Source of the DNA: Methylotenera sp.
Lineage (GTDB): Bacteria > Pseudomonadota > Gammaproteobacteria > Burkholderiales > Methylophilaceae
Reading direction: 5' to 3'
DNA: 64,000 bases
Assembly (NCBI GenBank): GCA_043759515.1
Contig: JAYVLK010000010.1
Location: 28,104 to 92,103, forward strand
Positions 29,758 to 40,113 of the stretch are shown here, in pieces. A program made the position numbers and the translations under genes. Every line of letters starts with the position of its first letter. Position 1 is the stretch's first letter. The notes below the pieces were generated by a model that was given only the letters and a program-made list of their open reading frames with translations, was not told the DNA's origin and did no database searches.

Positions 29758-29895
29758 GAACTTTTTCTCAATAATAATTAAGATTAAATCGTTAGATTTA
29801 CCAAATAAATCAACAAACTGAATAAAAAACTAACAAAAAAATAGGGCAAATATTTTTTCAAATATTTTATATCTTTCATATATAAATAGAAGATT

Positions 29896-32800
29896 ATGAC
29901 CAAAATCACTGCATTTAAAATGGTTGATTTTGTTTCTTTGTTGCGTAAAAGCCCGCGCAAAAACAACGAAACAGCGCTTTTACGTACAGAATTATTAAGT
30001 ATCGATCAGCTAAAGCGCTATGCAAGTAATCTCGCTAAAGCGCACAAAATCAGTGTGCGCAAAGGGCCAGACAAGTTATTGCCTAGGCTATCAGATAATG
30101 CAACAGTTATTCACGACGCGCATCAAGTCATATCAATTGCTAACACTGGTGCTTTTAAAATAGGCCAAAAGTTAACCCCCGCAGAAAATTGGTTGCTAGA
30201 TAATTATTATCTTATTCAGCAACAAATCAAATTAGCAAAACGTCATTTACCACGTGGTTACAGCACACAATTGCCACAATTGGCAGAAGGGGTTTCAGCA
30301 GGCTATCCGCGTATTTACGATTTAGCGCTAGGGCTCATCTCACATATGGACGGCCGCGTTAATGCTGACAATGCCACGCAATATGTAAGCGCTTATCAAT
30401 CGGCAGAACCTTTGATGCTGGGCGAACTTTGGGCTTTTCCTATTATGTTGCAGTTAGCATTATTAGAAAATTTGCGACGGGTGTGCACCCGCATCGCCAA
30501 TAGGCGAGATGAGCAAATAAGTGCAACTCTTTGGGCAGATCGCATGTTAGAAGCCGCCCAAAACGAACCAAAACAGTTAATTCAGTTATTGGCAAAATTT
30601 GCCGATGCAGATGTGCCATTAACAGCATCTTTTGTAGAAGAATTTTATGCCAGGCTGCAAGATCAAGGCGCTGCCATGGCATTTGCGCAAACTTGGGTAG
30701 AGCAACAATTAGCCCTGCAAAATGTTACCGCCACCCAATTATTAGAGTCTGCCAGTCGAACTGCAGCGGCTAATCAAATATCAATTGCTAACACCATTGG
30801 CAGTTTGCGTTTTATTGGCACCATGGATTGGCGCGAATGGGTTGAATCACTTAGCGTGGTAGAAAAAATATTTGAGCAAGACCCGAGTTGTGATTATGCA
30901 AACCAAGATTTTGCCAGTCGCGATAGGTATCGCCACGTGCTTGAAGACATTGCTATGTTGAGTGCTAAAAATTGCAAAAAAGCCAGTACGCACATTAGCG
31001 CACACTATGAAATGGCAGCCTCGCATATGGCGATTAAATTAGCTAGTGAGGCCAAAGAAGTTTTGGGAGAAGCCCATCGTAGCAGCCATGTTGGTTATTA
31101 TTTATTAGATGATGGTTTAGCTCAACTTAAACAAAAGATCAATTGTAAATTACCGCTTAGTGCAAAAATTAAAGATGTTTTTTCACGTAATCAATTGTTT
31201 TTTTACGCAGGCAGTATTTTAGCGTTAACAATTGCTATCACCACAGCCACTATATTGGTTGAAAATAAATTTGGCATCAACATTTGGCTACTTGCTTTGG
31301 TAGGTATATTTAGTCTAATAGCCAGTTCTGCGCTTGCAATTGCCTTAATTAATTCCTTGGTAACGCAAGTCATTAAGCCATGCGCATTGCCAAGATTAGA
31401 TTTTCAAAAAGGCATTACTGAAAAGCACCGCACAATGGTAGTGGTGCCCACTTTAATTAACAGCTTACAAGATATTGATCGTTTACTAGAAGCGCTTGAA
31501 ATTCGTTATTTAGGCAACCGTGATAAAAACTGTTTATTTGCGCTACTCACTGATTTTACCGATGCAAATGCGCAAACATTGCCGCAAGACACGAATCTTA
31601 TTAGCCATGCAATGACTGGTATAACTGCTTTAAACAATACTTATGCTCAACAGCTACCACCAATCTTTTATCTTTTTCATCGCCCGCGTAGTTGGAACGC
31701 AATTGACCAGATTTGGATGGGTTATGAGCGTAAGCGCGGCAAATTAGAGCAATTTAATGCGCTTTTACGCGATGATGGCTTAAGCAATATCAATCAAAAA
31801 ACGTTTAGCCATATTGTGGGCGACACCAGCCTATTAAGCAGCATTAAATATGTGATTACGCTAGATACCGATACGCAATTACCGCGTGACACCGCTTATA
31901 AGCTTATTGGCAATATGGCGCACCCATTAAACCGTCCTATTTTTGATGCAAAAAAAGGCCGAGTCACTCGCGGCTATGCCATTTTGCAACCGCGCGCATC
32001 CATTAGCTTAATAAGTGCCAATCAAACCTGGTTTAGCCAGCTTTATGCGGGCGAATCAGGGCTTGACCCTTACACTCGTGAAGTGTCGGACGTGTATCAA
32101 GATATTTTTGCTGAAGGCTCGTTTATTGGCAAGGGTATTTATGATGTAGATGCGTTTAGGCAAGCAGTTGATGGGCGCTTTCCTAATAATTTGATACTAA
32201 GCCATGATTTATTAGAAAGTGGCTATGCCAGAAGCGCGTTAGTAAGCGATGTTGATTTAATAGAAGAACACCCGCCTAGCTATGCTATGGATATTAGCCG
32301 CAGGCACCGTTGGGTGCGTGGTGATTGGCAGATTGCTGGTTGGTTGTTACCGCGCGTGCCTGCAGCTGCTTTATCAAATAAAAGAGTGCCTAACCCATTA
32401 AGCGCGTTATCTGTTTTAAAAATCGCCGATAATTTACGCCGTAGCCTAGTACCAATCGCGTTGTTTGGCTTGTTAATAACCGAATGGTTAAGTGGTTTAT
32501 TTTGGGCAATGGTTGCTACATCGTTATTAGTGCTCTTGATACTGTATTTTCCGCCTGCTTTTAATGCATTGATGCATTTGATTAAGAAACCTAAGGAGCT
32601 TTTTTGGCAAGCGCACATTGTCATGGGGGCAAGGTCAGTTGGCTTATCGCTTATTTTGGCAACATTAACACTATTATTTTTGCCGTATGAAGCTCTAAAA
32701 AACGCCAATGCGATTATGCAATCTGCTGGGCGCAAATTTTATACTAACCGTGGATTATTGCAGTGGCATTTACCTAGTTATACCAAACGTAATGCCTGCA

Positions 32801-35800
32801 CCAGCTGGCTAGATTTTTATAAAGAAATGTGGGTAAACCCTGCAACCTCAATCATCACTATTGTTTATTTTAGTTACTTACAAAGCTTGCAAGATGAACC
32901 ACTCTCAGTTTGGTTTTTCAGCATACCGTTATGCTTTTTATGGAGCTTGTCGCCATTAATTGCCTGGACTATCAGCAAACCTCGCGTCCAAAAACAAGCT
33001 GATTTAACACTAAATCAAATTAGCTTTTTACGTATCAATGCTAGAAAAACTTGGCGTTACTTTGACGACTTTGTCACAATTAAAGATAATTGGTTGCCTC
33101 CTGATAATGTGCAGCAGTATCCCGTTACCGAAATCGCATCGCGCACTTCACCCACTAATATCGGCATGGGTTTATTGGCTAATTTAAGCGCTTATGATTT
33201 TGGCTATATAAGTCGTGAAAAATTACTAAACTTAACTAAAAATACCATTGATACGCTGGAAAAATTACCACGCTACCGTGGACATTTTTACAATTGGTAC
33301 AACACGCAAACGCTAGAATTACTACATCCACATTACATCTCATCGGTAGATAGCGGCAATTTGGCAGGCTGTTTTTTAACCTTGCAAGCAGGTTTAGAAG
33401 AACTTAAAAACACGTTTGATTTAGATATTGATTATAAAAAATCAAGATTAAATACCATGTTGCAAGGCTGCAACGACGTGTTGAGTATCTTAACTGAGCA
33501 CATGCCTACAGTGCCATCTCCACACATCGACCACTTAATCAAAAAAATGCAAGATTCAATTTTAGCTAATCAAACGAATAACCTGCAAACCCCGCAAGCT
33601 GTTAAACAAATAGCGAATCAGTTGCACATTAATGTACAGCAATTATTGGCGCAATTGCCCATAGCGCTTAATCTTGAAGTTGAATTGCATTACTGGGCTA
33701 AAGCCTTAAACAGCCAAACCAGCACCATGGTTGAGCAATTTAGTTCAGTGTCAACGAGCTCTGCAAATAAGGAACAATTGATTTTAATAGATCAGTTAAT
33801 TGAACGAATAGCCGTGCTAAATGAAATGGATTTTACATTTTTGTATGACAACGCTACCGATTTATTGAGCATTGGTTTTGACGCTAGTGACCGCAGGCGT
33901 GACCCTTCTTGTTACGATTTATTAGCATCTGAAGCGAGATTAGCAAGCTTTATATTGATAGCCCAAAGCCAATTGCCCCAAAAACACTGGTTTTCATTGG
34001 GCCGATTGTTAAGTAGTGCTGGCACAGATGTGAGCTTGTTATCTTGGTCTGGCTCTATGTTTGAGTATTTGATGCCACAGCTTTTAATGCCAAGCTTTGA
34101 AAATACCTTGCTAGATCAAACTTACAAAGCGGTAGTTAAGCGCCAAATTAAATATGGCAGTGACAAACGCGTGCCTTGGGGCATTTCAGAATCGGGCTAT
34201 AACGCAACTGACAGCACGCACAATTATCAATACCGCGCATTTGGCGTGCCAGGTTTAGGCTTTAAAAGAAACTTAAGTGATGATTTAGTCATAGCGCCTT
34301 ATGCAAGTGCGCTGGCTTTAATGGTGTTGCCAAATGAAGCTTGTAAAAACTTACAAAAATTAGCTGATAGCGGTTTTGTGGGTAAATATGGATTTTTTGA
34401 GGCCATTGATTACACCCCTAATAGAATACCGCGTGGTAAAAAACATGCAGTGGTGCAATCGTTTATGTCGCACCACCAAGGCATGAGTTTGCTGGCTTTT
34501 GCAAGCGTGCTTTTAAATAAGCCCATGCAACGCCGTTTTATGAGCACGCCCTACAATAAAGCCACTGAATTATTGCTGCAAGAACGCATCCCCAAACAGG
34601 GTGCGTCGGTACAGGTTAATGTTGAAGATGCAAGGGTTGAACTTGATAATCAAGCTGAACCAATTGGTGCAAGTATGCGGGTATTTACTAATCATGATAC
34701 GCCGATTCCAGAGGTGCATTTATTATCTAACGGCCGCTACCATGTGATGACAACCAATGCGGGCGGCGGTTATAGCCGTTGGCACGATTTAGCAGTTACG
34801 CGCTTTCGTGAAGATGCAACCCAAGATAATTGGGGTACTTTTGTGTATATTCGAGATATTGACACCCAGCGCTATTGGTCTAGCGCGTATCAACCCACTT
34901 TAGTTAAGCCTGATTACTATGAGGCTATATTTACCCAAGCGCGCACCGAATATAAACGCCGCGATCAATTCATTGAAACGCATACCGAAATTAGCGTATC
35001 GCCCGAAGATGACATAGAAATACGTCGCGTCACATTAACTAATTTATCTACTAGAGCGCGCAATATTGAATTAACTACCTATGCCGAGGTGGTTTTATCC
35101 ACTCAAAATGCAGATTTAGCGCACCGAACGTTTAATAATCTATTTGTGCAAACTGAAATACTGTATCAATTAAACGCCATTGTTTGCACCAGACGCCCGC
35201 GCACCAAAGAAGAACGCGTGCCTTGGATGTTTCATTTGATCGCCATCGCTGAAAACGACCGCAATGATCAAGCTCAATTATTAACGACCAGCTTTGAAAC
35301 CGATAGAGCCAAATTTATTGGCCGTGGTCGATCAATTGCAAACCCGATTATTTTAGACCGCATAGAGCCTACTTTAAAACCTGTACTTAAAAGTAGTACT
35401 AATTTAATTGAACAAGTATCTGGGCATTTAAGCAATCAATTATTTGGCAAGGCATCCACAACACCAGCAAGTGCATTATCTAACAGCCAAGGCTCAGTGT
35501 TAGACCCAATCGTATCAATTAGACGCGTAATCAATTTGGCACCTGATCAAACAAAATCGGTACAAATCATCAGTGGCATGGCAAGTACGCGTGAGGCGGC
35601 TATTGCATTAATAGAGAAGTATTGCGATCGTAATTTTGTAGAGCGCGCTTTTGAAATGGCCTGGTTTCAAAGCCAAGAAGTGTTGCGTATGTTAAACGCC
35701 ACAGAGGCGGATGCACAAGTTTATGGTCGATTGGCAAGCTCACTCATTTTTTGCAACGCACTGCGACGCGCACCTGCTGGCGTTATCACGCGTAATCAAG

Positions 35801-38742
35801 TAGGCCAATCTGGGCTATGGCGCTTTGGCGTTTCTGGTGATTTGCCCATTGTGCTCATACGTATTGGCGATATAAGCCGCCTAGATTTAGTTAAGCAAGT
35901 GCTGCAAGCCCATACTTATTGGCGCATGAACGGGCTAATTGCAGATTTAGTAATTATTAATGAAGATTTTTCTGGTTATCGCGCAGACTTGCAAGATCAA
36001 ATAGTTGGGCTTATTAATGCAGGGCCAGAGGCGCAATTAATCGATAAACCAGGTGGTGTGTTTATAAGGCGCGTGGACGATTTATCGGAAGAGGCGCGTG
36101 TGTTGTTTCAAACGGTTGCCCGTGTGATATTTGTGGATACCGCTTATGTGGATGGCGCGCAAAGCTTGATTGATCAAGTGGAGCGTAGAGTCGATAAAAA
36201 TAGGTTGCTTGAACGCGAATCTGAAAAATTTGAGCCTACCTTAGCTGCGCATAAACAAATAAGTGCGCCATTAATTAAGCGCGAACTTATTTTTAATAAT
36301 GGCATTGGTGGATTCACCCTTGACGGGCGTGAATACATCATTACTTTATCCAAAGGCCAAACTTCACCTGCACCTTGGTCAAATGTGATAGCCAGCCCAT
36401 TTATAGGCACGGTGGTTACAGAAGGTGGTGGCGCTTACACTTGGGTAGAAAACGCGCATGAATTTAGATTAAGCACTTGGCATAACGATGTGGTATCAGA
36501 TGCAAGTGGTGAAGCTTGCTATATACGCGATGAGGAATCGGGCGTTTTTTGGTCACCAAGCCCACAACCTGCGTCTTCCACAAATTCTAATAGTGATTAT
36601 ATTTGCCGCCATGGCTTTGGTTATAGCGTGTTTGAACATAATGAGGCAGGCATTAGCTCTGAAATGAGCACCTATGTGGCCATGGATTCGCCCGTAAAAT
36701 TTGTAGTGGTAAAACTACGTAATATTTCAAATAGACCACGCCAATTATCGCTAACGGGTTATTGGGAGCTGGTAATGGGCGAATGGCGCCACGCTAATTT
36801 AATGCATATAGTGACTGAGCAGGATGCGCAAACAGGCGCGATATTGGCGCGTAATGCTTATGGTAAAGAGTGCAATAACCGTATTGTATTTGCGCATATT
36901 AGTGCAAAAGAGGCCACGTTAAGCTGCAGCCGTACCGAATTTATTGGTAGAAATGGATCACTTGCAAGCCCCGCAGCCATGCGCCGCAGACGTTTATCGG
37001 GCAGAACAGGTGCTGCCCTTGACCCGTGTGCCAGCTTGCAAACACAATTTAGTCTTTTTGCAAACGAAGAAAAAGAGTTCGTATTTACGTTTGGCGCGGG
37101 CAAAAATATTGATGAGGTGCACCAATTAATTAATCGCTTTGGCGGCGTGGCAGGTGCCAGGCAAGCGCGAGATGACGTACATGAATATTGGAACCACACG
37201 CTTGGTAGCGTGCAAGTGCAAACGCCAGATGCTGCACTTAATGTTTTAGCAAACGGTTGGCTGGTGTATCAAGCTATATCGTGCCGATTATGGGCGCGTA
37301 GTGGTTTTTATCAATCTGGCGGTGCGTATGGCTTTAGAGATCAGCTGCAAGACACATTAGCGCTTATGCACGCAACACCATGGTTAGCTCGCGAGCAAAT
37401 CATCGCCTGCGCGCAGCGCCAGTTTCCACAAGGTGACGTACAACATTGGTGGCATCCACCCAATGGTCAAGGTGTGCGCACGCATTTTTCTGACGACTAT
37501 TTATGGCTAGCTTATGCCACTTGCCGTTATGTGATTAGCACGGGCGACACCGCAATATTAGATGAGCAAATTCATTTTATTGAAGGCCGCGCATTAAATG
37601 CGCACGAAGAATCCTATTACGATTCACCCCAGCAATCGAACGAATCGGCAAGTTTGTATGAGCATTGTGTAAGAGCGATTAAATACGGTCTTAAGTTTGG
37701 CGTGCATCAATTACCCTTAATAGGCTGCGGCGATTGGAATGATGGTATGAATTTGATCGGCAAAGATGGCAAAGGTGAAAGTGTCTGGTTGGCATGGTTT
37801 TTGGTGGATAACTTAAATAGCATGAGTCAATTAGCCAATTTAAGAGGCGATCAAGCATTTGCGGAAATTTGCGCAACCCAAGCCATATTATTAAAAGGCA
37901 ATATTGAAACCCATGCTTGGGATGGCGAGTGGTATAAACGCGCTTTTTTTGACGACGGGTCACCTTTAGGCTCGAAAGAAAATGATGAATGCCAAATAGA
38001 TAGCATTAGCCAAAGCTGGGCGGTTATTTCAAAAAGTGGCGATAGTGCACGTGCAAAACAAGCCATGGATTCTGTGAATCAGCGCTTGATTGCGCGCGAT
38101 ACGCAATTAATCAAGTTGCTTGACCCACCGTTTGACAAATCTGACCTTGAACCTGGTTACATAAAAGGTTATGTGCCAGGCGTGCGTGAAAACGGTGGCC
38201 AATATACCCACGCTGCCATTTGGGCAACGATGGCATATGCCATGCAAGGCAATACGCAGCGCGCATGGGAATTATTTGCCATGCTTAACCCTATTAATCA
38301 TGCAGTTACCCCTGACCAAGCGCAAACTTACAAAGTAGAACCGTATGTGATGGCAGCCGATGTGTACGGGGCAGATCCACATAAAGGCCGAGGTGGCTGG
38401 ACATGGTATACGGGGGCAGCTGGTTGGATGTACCAACTAACACTAGAAACGCTGCTGGGCATAAGCTTACATAATAATGAATTACACATTAGCCCGTGCG
38501 TACCTCAACATTGGCCAAATTACCTTGTTCATTATCGGTATCGCGATACGGTTTATCACATTACGATTAACTGCAATTTAGAAAAACTAGCTAATCTAGC
38601 ACCATTGATCGTGGACGATAAGTTTTTAACTATTGAAGAGGTGCATGAAGATATCATTAATAAGAATCGTTATATCATACCGCTATTAAATGATAGGCTT
38701 GATCACAATGTATTAATTAATCTGCAGACAGTGCGCACGTAA
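29896..38742 (+). CDS. Cyclic beta-1,2-glucan synthase (NdvB/Cgs-type, with C-terminal GH94 domain)
   Basis: WLLDNYY, WMGYERKRGK, TLDTDT, SHDLLE, RRHRWVRGDWQ, GAYGFRDQLQD, GDWNDG, RENGGQYTH. Confidence 0.93.
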   Translation: MTKITAFKMVDFVSLLRKSPRKNNETALLRTELLSIDQLKRYASNLAKAHKISVRKGPDKLLPRLSDNATVIHDAHQVISIANTGAFKIGQKLTPAENWLLDNYYLIQQQIKLAKRHLPRGYSTQLPQLAEGVSAGYPRIYDLALGLISHMDGRVNADNATQYVSAYQSAEPLMLGELWAFPIMLQLALLENLRRVCTRIANRRDEQISATLWADRMLEAAQNEPKQLIQLLAKFADADVPLTASFVEEFYARLQDQGAAMAFAQTWVEQQLALQNVTATQLLESASRTAAANQISIANTIGSLRFIGTMDWREWVESLSVVEKIFEQDPSCDYANQDFASRDRYRHVLEDIAMLSAKNCKKASTHISAHYEMAASHMAIKLASEAKEVLGEAHRSSHVGYYLLDDGLAQLKQKINCKLPLSAKIKDVFSRNQLFFYAGSILALTIAITTATILVENKFGINIWLLALVGIFSLIASSALAIALINSLVTQVIKPCALPRLDFQKGITEKHRTMVVVPTLINSLQDIDRLLEALEIRYLGNRDKNCLFALLTDFTDANAQTLPQDTNLISHAMTGITALNNTYAQQLPPIFYLFHRPRSWNAIDQIWMGYERKRGKLEQFNALLRDDGLSNINQKTFSHIVGDTSLLSSIKYVITLDTDTQLPRDTAYKLIGNMAHPLNRPIFDAKKGRVTRGYAILQPRASISLISANQTWFSQLYAGESGLDPYTREVSDVYQDIFAEGSFIGKGIYDVDAFRQAVDGRFPNNLILSHDLLESGYARSALVSDVDLIEEHPPSYAMDISRRHRWVRGDWQIAGWLLPRVPAAALSNKRVPNPLSALSVLKIADNLRRSLVPIALFGLLITEWLSGLFWAMVATSLLVLLILYFPPAFNALMHLIKKPKELFWQAHIVMGARSVGLSLILATLTLLFLPYEALKNANAIMQSAGRKFYTNRGLLQWHLPSYTKRNACTSWLDFYKEMWVNPATSIITIVYFSYLQSLQDEPLSVWFFSIPLCFLWSLSPLIAWTISKPRVQKQADLTLNQISFLRINARKTWRYFDDFVTIKDNWLPPDNVQQYPVTEIASRTSPTNIGMGLLANLSAYDFGYISREKLLNLTKNTIDTLEKLPRYRGHFYNWYNTQTLELLHPHYISSVDSGNLAGCFLTLQAGLEELKNTFDLDIDYKKSRLNTMLQGCNDVLSILTEHMPTVPSPHIDHLIKKMQDSILANQTNNLQTPQAVKQIANQLHINVQQLLAQLPIALNLEVELHYWAKALNSQTSTMVEQFSSVSTSSANKEQLILIDQLIERIAVLNEMDFTFLYDNATDLLSIGFDASDRRRDPSCYDLLASEARLASFILIAQSQLPQKHWFSLGRLLSSAGTDVSLLSWSGSMFEYLMPQLLMPSFENTLLDQTYKAVVKRQIKYGSDKRVPWGISESGYNATDSTHNYQYRAFGVPGLGFKRNLSDDLVIAPYASALALMVLPNEACKNLQKLADSGFVGKYGFFEAIDYTPNRIPRGKKHAVVQSFMSHHQGMSLLAFASVLLNKPMQRRFMSTPYNKATELLLQERIPKQGASVQVNVEDARVELDNQAEPIGASMRVFTNHDTPIPEVHLLSNGRYHVMTTNAGGGYSRWHDLAVTRFREDATQDNWGTFVYIRDIDTQRYWSSAYQPTLVKPDYYEAIFTQARTEYKRRDQFIETHTEISVSPEDDIEIRRVTLTNLSTRARNIELTTYAEVVLSTQNADLAHRTFNNLFVQTEILYQLNAIVCTRRPRTKEERVPWMFHLIAIAENDRNDQAQLLTTSFETDRAKFIGRGRSIANPIILDRIEPTLKPVLKSSTNLIEQVSGHLSNQLFGKASTTPASALSNSQGSVLDPIVSIRRVINLAPDQTKSVQIISGMASTREAAIALIEKYCDRNFVERAFEMAWFQSQEVLRMLNATEADAQVYGRLASSLIFCNALRRAPAGVITRNQVGQSGLWRFGVSGDLPIVLIRIGDISRLDLVKQVLQAHTYWRMNGLIADLVIINEDFSGYRADLQDQIVGLINAGPEAQLIDKPGGVFIRRVDDLSEEARVLFQTVARVIFVDTAYVDGAQSLIDQVERRVDKNRLLERESEKFEPTLAAHKQISAPLIKRELIFNNGIGGFTLDGREYIITLSKGQTSPAPWSNVIASPFIGTVVTEGGGAYTWVENAHEFRLSTWHNDVVSDASGEACYIRDEESGVFWSPSPQPASSTNSNSDYICRHGFGYSVFEHNEAGISSEMSTYVAMDSPVKFVVVKLRNISNRPRQLSLTGYWELVMGEWRHANLMHIVTEQDAQTGAILARNAYGKECNNRIVFAHISAKEATLSCSRTEFIGRNGSLASPAAMRRRRLSGRTGAALDPCASLQTQFSLFANEEKEFVFTFGAGKNIDEVHQLINRFGGVAGARQARDDVHEYWNHTLGSVQVQTPDAALNVLANGWLVYQAISCRLWARSGFYQSGGAYGFRDQLQDTLALMHATPWLAREQIIACAQRQFPQGDVQHWWHPPNGQGVRTHFSDDYLWLAYATCRYVISTGDTAILDEQIHFIEGRALNAHEESYYDSPQQSNESASLYEHCVRAIKYGLKFGVHQLPLIGCGDWNDGMNLIGKDGKGESVWLAWFLVDNLNSMSQLANLRGDQAFAEICATQAILLKGNIETHAWDGEWYKRAFFDDGSPLGSKENDECQIDSISQSWAVISKSGDSARAKQAMDSVNQRLIARDTQLIKLLDPPFDKSDLEPGYIKGYVPGVRENGGQYTHAAIWATMAYAMQGNTQRAWELFAMLNPINHAVTPDQAQTYKVEPYVMAADVYGADPHKGRGGWTWYTGAAGWMYQLTLETLLGISLHNNELHISPCVPQHWPNYLVHYRYRDTVYHITINCNLEKLANLAPLIVDDKFLTIEEVHEDIINKNRYIIPLLNDRLDHNVLINLQTVRT

Positions 38743-38804
38743 TTTTTAATAAAACATTCACTTATTTAAAGTATCATTAAATTAAATTTTTAGAAGTTTA
38801 AAAC

Positions 38805-39827
38805 ATGGCAATATTAATTACAGGCGGCTCAGGTTATATTGGCTCGCACACTTGCGTGCAGTTGTTGGCATCTAACCACGATATTGTTGTGATTGATAAT
38901 TTATCGAATAGCTCATCAGAATCACTTAACCGCATTCAACAAATCTCAGGCAAAACCTTTCCATTTATTAAAGCTGATATTCGCGATGCGGCTGGTTTAC
39001 GTGCGATTTTTAAGGCGCATAGCATCACTGCAGTAATCCATTTTGCAGGCTTAAAAGCAGTGGGTGAATCGGTTGCTAATCCGCAACTGTATTATCAAAA
39101 TAACGTAGCTGGAAGCCTTACTTTATTTGAAGTGATGGCTGAATTTAAGGTTAAAAATATTGTATTTAGCTCGTCTGCCACTGTGTATGGCGATCCAGCA
39201 ACGGTACCGATCACCGAAAATTTTCCGTTAAGTGCGACTAATCCTTATGGGCGTAGCAAGTTAATGATTGAAGATATTTTACGCGATCTGCACGCGTCTG
39301 ATACTAGCTGGCGTATCGCATTATTGCGCTACTTTAACCCGATAGGCGCGCATGAAAGTGGATTGATAGGCGAAGACCCAAACGGCATACCCAATAATCT
39401 TTTGCCATATGTAGCACAAGTAGCAGTGGGGCGTTTGGCAAAATTGCGTGTGTTTGGTAACGATTACGCAACCCATGACGGCACAGGCGTTCGCGATTAT
39501 ATTCATGTGATGGATTTAGCCGATGGGCATGTGGCAGCGATTGATTATTTGCACCATCATCAAGAATTAATTACGCTCAATTTAGGCACTGGCATAGGGT
39601 ATAGCGTAATCGATGTGGTGAATGCTTTTGCTAAAGTCAGCCAAAAAGAAATCCCCTATGAGATTTTGCCAAGGCGTGCTGGCGATGTGGCGATAAATTA
39701 TGCAGACGCAAGTTTGGCAGAAAGCAAGCTTGGCTGGCGCGCAAATCGTAATTTAGAACAAATGTGCGCTGATACTTGGAACTGGCAATCAAAAAATCCT
39801 AACGGTTTTGATGTTAAATTAAACTAA
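38805..39827 (+). CDS. galE: UDP-glucose 4-epimerase
   Basis: GGSGYIGSH, HFAGLKAVGES, YGRSK, LRYFNP, GIPNNL. Confidence 0.96.
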   Translation: MAILITGGSGYIGSHTCVQLLASNHDIVVIDNLSNSSSESLNRIQQISGKTFPFIKADIRDAAGLRAIFKAHSITAVIHFAGLKAVGESVANPQLYYQNNVAGSLTLFEVMAEFKVKNIVFSSSATVYGDPATVPITENFPLSATNPYGRSKLMIEDILRDLHASDTSWRIALLRYFNPIGAHESGLIGEDPNGIPNNLLPYVAQVAVGRLAKLRVFGNDYATHDGTGVRDYIHVMDLADGHVAAIDYLHHHQELITLNLGTGIGYSVIDVVNAFAKVSQKEIPYEILPRRAGDVAINYADASLAESKLGWRANRNLEQMCADTWNWQSKNPNGFDVKLN

Positions 39828-39831
39828 GGTA

Positions 39832-40041
39832 ATGAAAAAAATGAACAATTTAAACGAAACTAATACACAAATTAATAACGGCAAAGTTAATGCCAACAAC
39901 ACATTAAGCGTTTTAGAAAGCATGATTGCACGATCTTGCACATGTAAATTACGTGAGATTTGTTTAGATAAAAGTAGCCAAGATTGCTTAAAACACACCA
40001 ATATTTATGCACAAGAAATGCGCGCAAGAAAAATCAAATAG
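39832..40041 (+). CDS. Small hypothetical protein with a Cys cluster
   Basis: AAGG Shine-Dalgarno overlaps the galE stop; SCTCKLREICLDKSSQDC. Confidence 0.45.
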   Translation: MKKMNNLNETNTQINNGKVNANNTLSVLESMIARSCTCKLREICLDKSSQDCLKHTNIYAQEMRARKIK

Positions 40042-40113
40042 AAACTAAAGATAAGTTAACAAAAAATAGCCAATAGTGCTTTTGAACTAATCCAGTTTGT
40101 AAATAAAGTTGTA

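Noticed and set aside
30443-38066. Numerous 60-150 aa alternative-frame ORFs inside large genes (also in xfp, recQ, clpA and the oxidoreductase)
   Set aside because: Antisense or out-of-frame shadows of well-supported coding regions, with no motifs or expression signals.
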